Positions 1 through 11,000 of a stretch of 64,000 nt of DNA are shown piece after piece. This stretch comes from Prasinococcaceae sp. CCMP 1430 (Eukaryota > Plantae > Prasinodermophyta), in assembly GCA_013416795.1 (NCBI GenBank), contig RQSC01000062.1:99861-163860 (forward strand), read 5' to 3'. Position numbers and translations under genes: made by a program. Below the pieces are notes generated by a model. The model ran no database searches, had not been told where the DNA came from, and was given only the letters and a program-made list of their open reading frames with translations. The first letter of the stretch is position 1, and each line of letters starts with the position of its first letter.

Positions 1-49
1 GAGTGGCGCCGGTCGGCAGCGCGCGCACGCGCGTGCCCTGGGCGCGTAC

Positions 50-528
50 CTGATGAAGCTCATCGCCCGCGCCTGATTGCTCGCGTCGGTCAGCTCCGCA
101 GTGACGCAGCGCACCGCCGGCGATATCGAGTTGAGGCAACCTGCGAGCAGGCGGATCGCGACCGCGGCAGAGTAGCTCGGGGAGAGTCCGAGCGCGATGC
201 TGAGCGCGCCCGCGCTGAAGCATCCTACCAGCAGCACGGGCTTGCGCCCCCAGGTGTCCAGGATGCGCCCGCTCACCGAGCTCGACAGCATGAGGCCGAG
301 GGGATAACAGGACGCCAGCATGCCAGCGCGTCTAGCGACGATGCCGTCGCTGACGTCGGCCTCGCCGCCCGAGCCGTCGGCGGCCGGCGTCCACGACTGC
401 ACGAGGAAGACCAGCATGGGGAATAGCATATTCACTTGCACCCCCTGCGCGCACTGCGCCAGGAAGATGCACGCGATGCCCGCGCGCGGCAATGGCGTCG
501 CCTCGCGCGGCGCGCCGGACCGCGGCAT
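50..528 (-). CDS. MFS transporter, ZIFL1/MFSD10-like, first exon; gene continues past the left edge
   Basis: Manual minus-strand translation from ATG 528: MPRSGAPREATPLPRAGIACIFLAQCAQGVQVNMLFPMLVFLV...GRILDTWGRKPVLLVG...AELTDASNQARAMSFI. The GRxxDxxGRKP MFS motif A is present. GTACG donor at 49. Confidence 0.8.
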
Positions 529-703
529 CGCTGCGTCGCTCGGGCTGCGGCGGCCCGCTGCAGTCACGCGCGGCGCGCGCCGTGTGGCGGCGCACCGCGG
601 CGGCGCCGCGTGGCAGCTTCTGGATAATAAATGGGAGCCAATCATCGACCAAACAAATGCAGGGCCGCGATTGCGAGTGCGATCGCAATTAGGGGGTGAA
701 AAG

Positions 704-711
704 TAGGGTTT
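704..711 (-). promoter_or_regulatory. Telo-box-like motif (AAACCCTA) in the divergent MFS/ULP promoter
   Basis: TAGGGTTT on the + strand within an AT-richer intergenic stretch. Confidence 0.35.
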
Positions 712-1221
712 GCGAAGTCATTGCCGATCGCCGAGGACCGAACAGCCACAAAATGCGGACCCTATCAAAACGAAAACAGCCTGTTCGTATCGATGCGCAT
801 TTCTGCGCGCGCCGCCGAGTGCGAGCCTCGACGATGGTGCGCACGAGTGCCAGCGCTCGCGCCCCCGTGCGGGCGCCACACGAGGCGCCGGTGGTGCTGC
901 GGGTGGGTGCGTGAGGGGGGAGGGAGGGCCTGCTGCTCACTCGGAAGGGCGAGCCCAACCCGGGCGCCTCTTCCGTTCCGTCCCCGCCCGCCCGCGCCGC
1001 TCGCGCGCGCGGGAGGAGGCCGCGCGGGGCGCGCGGCCGCCCCATACCCCGCCGCCTCGGCTCGGGGCTCTGGAAGCGCTCGCGCCCGTGGGCGTGCGCG
1101 TGTGCTTTTGGCTCGGAGGGAGCATGGACGCGCATCGGGCAAGATGCCCCTTTGGCAGGGCGGGTCGGGGAGCGGCGCTCGCGCCGGTTGAGTCGTCCGA
1201 CGCCGCGCACCTGCTGACGCC

Positions 1222-1222
<1 letters not shown>

Positions 1223-1252
<30 letters not shown>
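1223..1252 (+). repeat. Poly-C homopolymer (30 nt)
   Basis: Directly visible. Confidence 0.95.
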
Positions 1253-1411
1253 ACCGGCGCGCAGACGCACTCGCAGCAGGCGCCGCCCTTCCCGAGCGGC
1301 GCCGACGACGGAGGGCGGCCGAGGCAGTCGCAGAGCCGCGGCGCTAGGGCGACGGCGGCCGCCGTGCAGGGGATCAATGCCGCGCAGGGGGCAAAGGGCG
1401 CGGGCGCCACC

Positions 1412-4091
1412 ATGGTGGAGAGACAGAGGGGGAAGAAGGGGCAGCGGCGCCAGTCGGCGACGCCGCCACCGACGAAGAAGCATCGCCCCGCAGCGCCCAA
1501 GTCCGCGCCCGCGAAGATGCCGCGCGCGCCGCGCGACGGCGACAACAAGGAGATGCCCATTGAGCTGAACTCGTCATCGGAGGAGGAGGGAGAGCCCGCG
1601 GGTGAGCGAGTCCGTCGCCATCGCACGCGCAGCAGCACTGGGGCGCTGGTCGAGCAACCCAAACCTTGCGAGCGCTTTGGTATCGCCCCCGAGCGTGCGA
1701 TCATGTACCCCAGCGCCGACGATCCGGACAGCATCAAGGTGAAGGGCGCCGACCTCGGCGTCCTCGAAGAGGATGAGTTCCTCAACGACACGGTGGTCGA
1801 CTTCTACATCAATTACCTCGACTCCCTCCTCGAGTTCGCTTAGTTGTCGCCCCAGCTTCCTGCGCACATGTAAAAGTTGTGGAAGAAGTTGTTCTTCGAG
1901 CTGACGCTCAAGAGCGCCGTCAGGAAGGACTCAAAGGCCACAAGGGACGAAAGGCTGCGCCAGAATGCGGCTGAGGGCGATGCTTGCAATGACAACGAGG
2001 CGGGAGGCGCCAGCGCGAGCGCAGATGCGGGCGAGGGTCCGAGAGCAGCCGGGCAGAGCGGCGGCGGCGCTGGTGGGAGCGGAGACCCCCGAGGCGACGC
2101 GTCGGACTCGGCAGATGCCCCGGACGCGCCGAACAGCGACGGTGGCGACCCGTCGCAGTCGCAGCAGTCGAATCATGCCAAAGGCTCAGCGGGCGCAGAT
2201 GCGGCCCCGGCGGTGGCCGAGGGCGCAGGCTCAGGCGCTCCGAGCGCGCCGGAGCCGTCGAAGAGCAAGGCCGAGGCCGAGCTCTCCGCCATGATCAAGT
2301 GGACCAAGTCAGTGGGTCTTTTCGACAAAGACTTCTTGTTCTTGCCTTTGAACAAGGATCTGCACTGGAGCCTGGCGATTCTCTGTCACCCCAGTGCCTA
2401 TGCCCGCGGCGCCAAGCCTGACTGCGACGACGGCGATATCGAGATCGTTGACACGGGGGGTGACGGCTGCAGCAGCGAAGTCCAGCCCTGCCTACTCCAT
2501 CTGGACTCTTTGCAACCCCACCATCAAATTGCGGACTGGAAGGCCCCACTGGTCCGGTTCCTGAACGCAGAGTGGGACGACGCGGTCGACAAACGCCGGG
2601 GCCTACCCCCGCAGCACATGGGGGCGGGATGTCAGAAGCCCGAGTTTACAACCAAGAAGCTGCCGCACATGTCTATTCCCGACCTGCCGAAGCAGCCAAA
2701 CTTCTGCGATTGCGGGCTCTTCATGCTGCACTACATCGAGCGCTTCGTGCAGAGCGCCTTCAGGCCCGTGGACGCCGCGCATCCGGATGCGCTCAAGGGT
2801 GCGTGTCGCTCGCAGCGCCTCGTGCTGACCGCCGAGACAGGCTTTGCGTGCGTGGGACTCGCGCGCGCGCGCGCGCGGGCATCGCCACTCGCACGCGTGG
2901 CTGTGCAAACCGCGCGTAGCTCTGCCCGCAAGCGAAGGTGTGGATGCTACCGCGACCGCGCCGTGTCACGCTGAGACACCCTGCTCGTTCGTACCGAATG
3001 CGAGCAGACAGTTCCTGTATGTTTTCTGGTACCGCGGCAAGGACAGCCGCGAGTGGTTCCACAAGGAGGGGGCGATGAAGCTGCGCGCCCGTATCCGCAG
3101 CATCCTCCTGTCGCTCTTCTGGGAACAGGGCGACGAGAAGGAGAAGCGGGCCATGAAAGAATTGCCCGCGTTCGAGGAGTGGCGTAAGGAGCACAAGATG
3201 CCTTGGCCGCCAGACCGCCCCAAGCCCAAGCCTCAGCTAAACGCCCGCGGCCAGCTGCCGCAGCGTGGTCAGCAGCTTCCGAACAAGCCCAAGAGGACCA
3301 TCGCAACGAAGACGACGGAGGAGGGCAAGCGAAACGCCCGTGACGCGGCAGTGCGCGCAATGCAACACGCTGGCGACCCATCGCGCAAGCGAAAGGACAA
3401 GGCGTGCAATCCAGGGGTGAAAAAGTTCGTGACCGACACCGCGCGGTCTGCCGCGGACAGGCGCCGCTCGCGCACGACTCGGCAGGGTCACGAGCAGGAC
3501 AAGACGCTTGCGCACGACCACCACCAGCAGCAGCAGCAGCGGCGCGCATGGCGAGGCGCAACAGTTGGTGACACGGCGGATGCAGAGTCTGACGAGGGGT
3601 CGCCGCCTCCGAAAAAGCCGAAAGTGCAAACGCTGGGCCAATCGTCGTCGGACGATGACGACGGCATCGACATTCAGGACGAGGAGGACGACGTCTGCGA
3701 TAATAAGCGCGTGCCCCAGCCTCAGACGTTCAGCAAGACACGTTCGCAGCAAGCCAAGTCGCCCGCAGCTGCCAAGAAGGCCCTTCACAAGACCCTGGCC
3801 AAATTAATGAAGCCGGACCCACCCGTGGGTTCAAAGCCGCGCTCCGACGAGCGCGGCTCGCGCAGCAAAGCACCGAGCAAGCCTCTTCAGTCCATCAACG
3901 AGGATCCCTGGGACGTCCGGGGGGGCGGCAGCGTGGCAGCGTGTGGGCCTGCTGGCACCGACACAAATGCTGCCGCTAGTTTGCTGCGCGCGAGTGCACA
4001 GCTGCCCTACCAAAAGCCGGAGCTTCAGGTCGTCCTAACAGCGGGGTGCGTGGAGCAGTGGTCTCATGGTGAAGAGGGCAGCCCCGCGTAG
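1412..4091 (+). CDS. Ulp1/SENP family (peptidase C48) SUMO protease, ULP2-like; interrupted by a complement-only segment at c.1835-1900; probable intron 2799-2919
   Basis: FLNDTVVDFYINYL, DFLFLPLNKDLHWSLAILC (His), LLHLDSL (Asp), PKQPNFCDCGLFMLHYIERF (Gln/Cys). ORFs 710..1843 and 1877..2974 are in the same frame. An alternative upstream in-frame ATG lies at 1124. Confidence 0.85.
1835..1900 (+). other. Complement-only (non-reversed) coding segment inside the ULP gene
   Basis: The complement of 1841-1900, read left to right in the gene frame, is atc aac agc ggg gtc gaa gga cgc gtg tac att ttc aac acc ttc ttc aac aag aag ctc = INSGVEGRVYIFNTFFNKKL. The literal + strand has in-frame TAG (1841) and TAA (1871). 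Confidence 0.85.
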
Positions 4092-4253
4092 CCTCCTCAC
4101 CGGGGGGGTGACGGGCAGGGACGTCGGAAAGTCCAATGATGAAGCAGGGGGCACGAAGAGACGCCCCTCGCGCTCCGGGCGCGCAAGCGCATGCTCGATT
4201 GTACATTTTTGTTACTATACGTACAGATGTGAATTGGTTATTACTTTTGCCGG

Positions 4254-5598
4254 TCAGTTCCACTCGAGCGCAGCCCTGTCCTTCCAGTACCTCGCGCTGT
4301 CCTCCTTGCACTCGACCAGCAGCCGCTCGAGCGCGTCGGGCGCACAGCGCTGCAGCGCCTCCATGGCCTGAGGCGCCTGCGCGTTGGAGCGCGCGTGCGC
4401 CCGCGTCGCCGCGCCGCTGAGCACCACTGGCGCGCAGTCCAGCGCCATCGCCGCGCCCATAGCAAGCGCGTCGGGCGGCACGCCCAGCGCCGCTGCCGTC
4501 TCCCGAAGCGGCCCGCTCCGCAACACCCGTCCGTTCGCCATCGCCTCCTTGATGATCACGCTCATGCCTGCCTCGCCAGCTTCGTCCAGAGCCTGGGGGG
4601 GGGGAACATACGTGCGCGCGCAGGGTCGAGAGCGGGCGCGCACAAGCGCGCAACTGGCGGGTCAGAGCGCGCGGCAGGCCAAACGATCGAGACGCCGGCA
4701 GCGTCGCACCAACGCAGAGCACGCACCTCCCCCGCGCTTTGCTCGAGCACATTGTAGGTGGCCTGCACGCAGTCGAACAGACCTGGCGCGCGGCGCAGCG
4801 CCTCGCGCAGCGTATCAGCCTGCGCGGTGCCGCTCAAGGTGAGGCCCAGTTTCCAGCCACGGGCACTCTTGAGCTCGCCGAGCTCTTGCAAGACGTCCGC
4901 GTCGAGGAAACCACTATCGAGCGTCGCCGAGTGCACTTGGTAGAGAGCGACGTGATCCCCTAGCAACGCAACGCTCTCTTGCACCTGCGCGCGCAGGTTC
5001 GTGACGGAGTGCTACGCGCGAGAAGAGAGGGCGCACGCACAAGATAGGCAAGAAAATAGAGAGCCAGGGTCAGTCTCACAGACGTTGCTCGGGGAGCTGC
5101 GCGGACACTTCGCAGTGGTCACCGACATCGACGACACACCTCCTTGACCTCGTGCGGCTCGCCGTCCGTGTCGACGCGCCAGCCGGCGGTGTAGCGGTAG
5201 CCCCACTTCGAACCGACAATAACGTCGCCCCTGCGTAGGCCACGCGCGTCGAGCCAGCCTGCGAGGAATGCCTCAGACAGGCCGTACGAGCGCGCAGCAT
5301 CGAAGTAGCGCACACCGGCGTCGTACGCCTCGTCGAGCACGGCATAGCAGTGCTCGCGCATGGCGGCCTCACTGCGGTCCGCGCCCAGCGCGGCAAGATC
5401 CTCGCCCCTGCCGAGGTTGATATAGCCTGGCCTGCCGAGCGCGGCGAGGCCGAGGCCGACGCGTCCGCACGCGCCAGCGGGGAGTGGTGCGCCCAGGAAG
5501 GCGTCGGCGGCGCGTACGCACTGCCGGCGCGTGTACCCGCCGCGTGGCGTGGCCGGCCGCCCCACCGCTACGCGCGCCACCCCGCCGAGCGCGCTCAT
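4254..5598 (-). CDS. Aldo-keto reductase; introns 5012-5139 and 4593-4726
   Basis: GLGLAALGRPGYINL, YFDAARSYGLSE, SKWGYRY, LYQVHSAT, VQATYNVLEQ. GT-AG introns join the frames. Confidence 0.9.
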
Positions 5599-5928
5599 GG
5601 CCGCCGTCGCGATGGCAGATCGCCGATGTCGCTATTGGCGCGCCTGTAGACACAGGACCACCTGCGCTTGCACCTACCCCTGGGCCTGCGCCGCCCGCGC
5701 CTCGGCCTGGGGCTAGGCCCGCGTGCTCGCGCCGTGCTCGCGCTATGTCGCCATCCACCAAAACGGTTTCTCCGAGCAATCTCTCTGGAAAAAAGTGGGG
5801 CGCCCTCGCGCGCACACGCGGGTGTTCCCCCCAGCAGCGTGCTCGTGCCACACTGGGCAAGTGCGTACGCGCTCGCCCCGGCCCCTGTGGGGGAGCGAGG
5901 CTGCGCCCGCCTTCACCCGCCGTGCGCA

Positions 5929-7932
5929 ATGGAGGCCGTGTGGACGCGCGTCGACGCAGCGGGCGCCGCACCAAGCTCGCGCAGCGGACACACGCTCACG
6001 GCAGTCGGCGGCGATGGCAAGGGTGCCCTCGTCGTGCTCTACGGCGGCACAGACGTCCGCCGCAAGGCGTACTTAGGCGACGTGTGCGTGCTGGACGTGG
6101 CGAAGAATGCGTGGATAGAGACCCCGCTTGGCGCGGGCTCGGGCGTCTACGCGGGCGATGGGCGCGTGGAGCCTGCCGAGGATGCCGAGCCAACAGCGCC
6201 TCGCGTGGCAGGCGGCAGCATGGGCGCAGGTGCGGCCGCTGGCAAGGGTGGTGGCAGTGGCGAAGTAGGAAGCGAGGAGAGCTCTTCGAGCAACCCAACC
6301 CATCCGGGGGAGCGCGCATTTCACTGTGCCGCCGCGCTTTCTGGCACGCGCATTACTGTCTTCGGCGGCCGCAAGGGTCGCACGCGCTTCAACGACACGT
6401 GGCTGCTCGACACGTGCGAGTGGGCGTGGCGCAGGCCGCGAGTGTCGGGGCCGCTTCCGGCCGGGAGGGACTTTGCGGCCGCGGCAGCGTGTGGCAATGA
6501 CGATGCCGATGGTGACCGCCTGGTCGTATATGGTGGCTGGGACGGCGCGGGTTGGCTCGGAGACGCGTGGTTGCTGCACCTCTCGGCAGACGGCAAAGAA
6601 GGGACGTGGCAGACGCTTTCGCTCGGCTCGCCGGCGCCGGCGCCTCGTAGTGGCCACGCGCTCTTGGCAGGTACTGAACAGAGCCGGAGACTGTACATAT
6701 TCGGCGGGGGTACCTCCAGTGGGGCGCTGCTCAACGACTCGTGGAGCCTTGACGTCGAGCCGGATGGCACAAGCGCATGCGCAAAACTGCCAGCGTCTGC
6801 GCCAACCCCGCAGGGCCGGAGTGGTCACTCGATGTCGCGCCTCGGCCCAGTCATGGTCTCGTTTGGCGGGCATGGCACGAGTGGCTGGCTGCAGAAAACG
6901 GACAAGTACATGGATTTTGTGTGGCTCTACGCGCTGCCCACCCTGCGGTGGAGCCACGCGGCTTGCAAGCAGTCCGGGACTGCCTCGCCGGCTGCTCGAG
7001 CATACCACGCGTCGGCTTCCGTCGGCGGACGCGTGCTCATATGTGGCGGCTACGATGGCAAGGCATCGCTTGATGATTGCTGGTGGTTGGCCCTGAGAGA
7101 CGGCGAAGCCGCGTCAGTGCAGGCGTCCGCCTCGCAGCCCGCCGCGCCAGCTCCGCATGGACAGCTCACAAAGGCTATGTCGCAAGCACATGAGAAAGGG
7201 CAGCAGCGGCAACAGCAACAGCAACAGCAGCAGCAGCAGCAGACGCAGCAGCAGGTGGGGAGTCAGGAGCAGGGGGCTTTATCGGCGCCAGCGCCTCAGC
7301 CTCAGGTGCAGGCGCAGCAGCAGCGCGCGGACAAGTCGCGCTCCACGTCGTTCTTTTCGACGCTGGCTGGCAATTTGAGCAAGGCCATGCCCATATTTGG
7401 CGGGGCTTCGGGCAGTTCCGCGCAGCAGCCTCAGCCACAGCGGCGCGAGACCGCGACGGTCACGAAGGGCGACGACACGGAGAGCGCCAAGGCGCGTGCA
7501 TGGCGAGACCTGCGCCGCAGAGCTGGCCTCGAGCAGCGCCCGCAACGCCCGTCGGCGCCGCGCCTGGCGCCTCCAGCGGCGCCAACCGCCGCGCTGGCTG
7601 CCATCGGCCGCCGTGTTTCGTCGCAAGTGGGTGGGCCCGTCAGCGAGCAGAGCGCCGACGAGGACGCTGCCATCGGGCGCGCCTACTTGTTGTCGTGTGA
7701 TCCTGATGATCTCGCTCTTGATGAGGTCGGAGTGATGCTCTCGGATTATCGTCGAGCTGTGTGGGGCAAGTCCCCGGGCCCAGCCGTCGGCGACGACGGG
7801 AGCATGGCCTGGCAGGCCGAGCTTTCCACAACCATGCAGTTTGTCAACGCGGACGTGGCATCACTCCATCTCGTGGATGTTGAGATGCTGCAGATGGCCT
7901 ACAGCTCGGTGTACAGCTCGGTGGCTTGCTAA
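5929..7932 (+). CDS. Kelch-repeat (beta-propeller) protein with Q-rich C-terminal region
   Basis: About 6 kelch repeats (PSSRSGHT..LYGG, PAPRSGHA..IFGG, RSGHS..SFGG, RAYHAS..ICGGYDG). Confidence 0.85.
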   Translation: MEAVWTRVDAAGAAPSSRSGHTLTAVGGDGKGALVVLYGGTDVRRKAYLGDVCVLDVAKNAWIETPLGAGSGVYAGDGRVEPAEDAEPTAPRVAGGSMGAGAAAGKGGGSGEVGSEESSSSNPTHPGERAFHCAAALSGTRITVFGGRKGRTRFNDTWLLDTCEWAWRRPRVSGPLPAGRDFAAAAACGNDDADGDRLVVYGGWDGAGWLGDAWLLHLSADGKEGTWQTLSLGSPAPAPRSGHALLAGTEQSRRLYIFGGGTSSGALLNDSWSLDVEPDGTSACAKLPASAPTPQGRSGHSMSRLGPVMVSFGGHGTSGWLQKTDKYMDFVWLYALPTLRWSHAACKQSGTASPAARAYHASASVGGRVLICGGYDGKASLDDCWWLALRDGEAASVQASASQPAAPAPHGQLTKAMSQAHEKGQQRQQQQQQQQQQQTQQQVGSQEQGALSAPAPQPQVQAQQQRADKSRSTSFFSTLAGNLSKAMPIFGGASGSSAQQPQPQRRETATVTKGDDTESAKARAWRDLRRRAGLEQRPQRPSAPRLAPPAAPTAALAAIGRRVSSQVGGPVSEQSADEDAAIGRAYLLSCDPDDLALDEVGVMLSDYRRAVWGKSPGPAVGDDGSMAWQAELSTTMQFVNADVASLHLVDVEMLQMAYSSVYSSVAC

Positions 7933-8069
7933 TTCTGGTTGTGATCGCGCACGGACAGCTGCGCGCAGGCGGGCGCGTTCGGACCCACTTTCCCCGATTA
8001 TTAACTCAGATTGTCATGTGATGCTAGAGATGTAGACCTTCAGGTAGACGGACAGCCGCTGCTGGCTAG

Positions 8070-11000
8070 CTAGAATGTCGCTTTGATCTTGATTGACTTC
8101 TGCGCTGCGAGACTGCTGGGGTGCCTAGCACCATCCCTCTCCGTCGGCGGCAGCTTAATCCCCGCCAGCTTGTTGTCGGCAACTCGTCTGATGTGCGAGT
8201 CCTCGCCTGAGAATTCGTTGACGTACAGCGAGTGCGTGTCCAAGTACTGCAGATCGTTGGTGTCGTCGTTGCGGCGCACAACGTAGCGGAAGTTGAGCAC
8301 GGTGGGCGGGTCGGAGCCGGTCTCATACAGGAAGCCGGTGGGAAATATGGGCTCGCCCGGCAGGCCCGTCGTCGAATTGTCGTTCATGCCGTTGGTATCG
8401 TCTATCGTGACGAGCACGAGCTTGATCTGCGCGCACACGCGGTAGTAGAGGCCCATGTAGTGTTCCTGGAACACCCACTGGTCGTTGTCGGCGCCGCAGG
8501 ACGCCTTGACAGCCTCAGAGAAGTGCACCTTAACGTCGATCACGTCGGGCACGCCGGCTGAGTTGTCGCCACCAGTGTTGATGCCATAACCGGTGTTGTA
8601 GCCGTAAGTGGTATCGTGTACATCCGAGGTGACGTTCTGCACATATGCGCGCCCAATAACGAGATCCTTGTTGTACGAAAGCGACTGCGTCGCGCCGTGC
8701 GAACCCAGCATGGCGCCGCCTGGCTTTGGCAGCGTCAGGAGCGCGTCGTTGAATTTGCAGCGCGAGTAGTCATTGTTGTACACGTTCTTGCGGCGCACAT
8801 AGGCCGTGGTCACGTCTACAGTGAAGGACAGGCTCGAGAAGTTCGGTGACGACACGCCGCACGACGCGCCGCTCACCGCGCCCGATCCCGAGTAGCCGGT
8901 GGAGACGCCAGGCACGGCGCATGTGGTTACACCAAGCGTGATCCGGTCGCCGGTGACGGACACGATTGTGTACTTGCCGTTGACAGTGCCAGCGTCGGTG
9001 CCGCCCACGCCTGCAATGTAGATGATGTCGCCGGCAAGCAGGGTGTGCATGGCAGCGACCGAGCCAGATGTCTGCGGCGAGGCGTGGCTCACGAGCGTGA
9101 GCACGGCTGGGTCGGCGGCAGTGATTTCGCTCACTTGATAGTGGTCGGCACACGCACGCTTGATGGTCGCATTGCCGCCGTCGAGGTCGAGCGCGTCGGT
9201 GCCAGTGTAGTCGAGGTCAGCGCTCAGGTGCGTCTGGCCCGAGGTGAGCGCGAGGGCGCCGACGTTCTGGTCGTAGCCGTCCGCGCCACCTGCACCGCGT
9301 GCACCTGTCTGCACCCTGTACTCAAACGCCAGAATGTTGTCCATGGACTGTTCTATGCGCTCCTCGTCGAATTGGCGCTCTCGGCGCAGAGAGCTCACAG
9401 TGTTTCCGCCGTCGAAAGCCAGCCCCGTGGAGGTGTAGGTGTCGCTCGAGAAGGTGCAGTAGTGGTTGCCATGCGCCGAGGCGTCGGTCAGCCCGCCGCC
9501 CTCGAGGCTGTGCGAGCGACAGCGAATGCCCGTGTTGACGCGCTGGATGGTGACCGCGCTCGACTCGGGCGTGTCGTGGTCGCTGCCGGGAGTGTATCGC
9601 GCGCCGGCAATGTAGCCTGAGCCCGGCGGAACTGAAGTCTCCGAGCCACCCAGCCTTCCCGTGTAGAACGTCAACCCGCTGATGTCCAGCGGGGGCTCCA
9701 GCGAGAACTCCCATTTGGTGACGTGCGACCCGACCGTGAACTGCTTGTTCAGCGAGTCAGCGTCCGGGCCGTAGACGCCTCGGATGATGACGATGTCGCC
9801 TGTGGAGAGCGTGTGCGTCCCGCGCACCTTGAAGACAGTGCCCACTGTCGAGGTGTCTGCGCTGGTGCATCCCTCACTGGAGGAGGCGCACACGCCATCG
9901 GCGAAGAGCTGCAATGGGTCCTCCATGGCGGAGTTGTCCGTGTGAGCGTCATTGCTCAGCCCAGGGCTTGACGCAAACTCGCCGTACCTGCGCTGATTGG
10001 CCAGCGAGTACGCCTCCTCGCCCTTTTTGAGCGGGTTTGGCTCGTTGTTCTTCCAGAAGGCCTTCTTCTCGCCGAAGCCGCCGCCGGCGTAGGTGGCGTA
10101 GTGGTCCGCCGCGCCAGCCTCAAAGTGCGAGCCCAAGTCCAGCTTGAGCCGCGGCGAGCCGTACACGACCACCGGCTCGGAGAAAGTCACGAAGATGTAG
10201 ATGAGGTCGTCCTCCTCGTATGACCAGTCGTGCTCGCCGTGTGCGGGATTCGGCACGGCGTTCGTGGGCGTCGGCTGGCGCAGCACAAACGCAGAGCTCA
10301 CGTCCCAGTCCATGCCCGTCGAGTCGAGCGCTGCGCCAGTGGCCACATTCTCCAGCGTGAAGGTGGTTGCGTGCAGCAGACCATTCGCGTCGTTGCCGTC
10401 CCCGTCGGCCGTACCGCTCACGTCGGTCACCTCGAACTCGATGCCATTAATTGAGTGTCTGTCTAAACCCCGGACGCTCTCGATCTTCACGCGGTCTCCC
10501 ACCTCGAGTGAGTGCGTACCAACCGTGGTGACGGTCGCATCGGCGCTCGATTGCTCCACAGATCCAATCTGGAAGATGTTGCGGTACTGATAGTTGTCCG
10601 CGCGGCGGTTAGGCGAGTACGAGGTCACACCCACAACGAAGGGTTGGATCTTGAGGTGCACGCGGTCCACCGAGCCAAGGCTCGGATAGGCATCGAGGGA
10701 GATCTGGAGGTCGTCACGGCAGTGCGAGAACGCGCAGCGAGCATCGCGATGCAACGCAGCGGTGCTCAGCGCGCCGCTCGCCTTGTCGAGGCCGAGGCGA
10801 TCGTGTTGGTTGATGCCTGCGTACGGGCCTGATAGTGTGCCCTCGCCCGAGCTGGCAAGGCCGAGCGCGTCGCCCGCGCCGCGCCTCGAGCGCACGCGGT
10901 TCGCGGGCTGCACAACCGAATTGATGAGCGCGGCCTCCCAGTAGCCCCCCGCGAGCGTCACGTGCGTGTGGCCGCTCTGGCGACCCTGGCGCACCTCCGG

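Noticed and set aside
1829-1900. A small intron or an ordinary inversion explaining the ULP stops
   Set aside because: The only GT before the stop (1834) is phase 2, while the nearby AGs are phase 0, and splicing would delete the conserved motif. The reverse complement reads NNFFHNFYMCAGSWGDN* or LEEQLLPQLLHV, not the motif.
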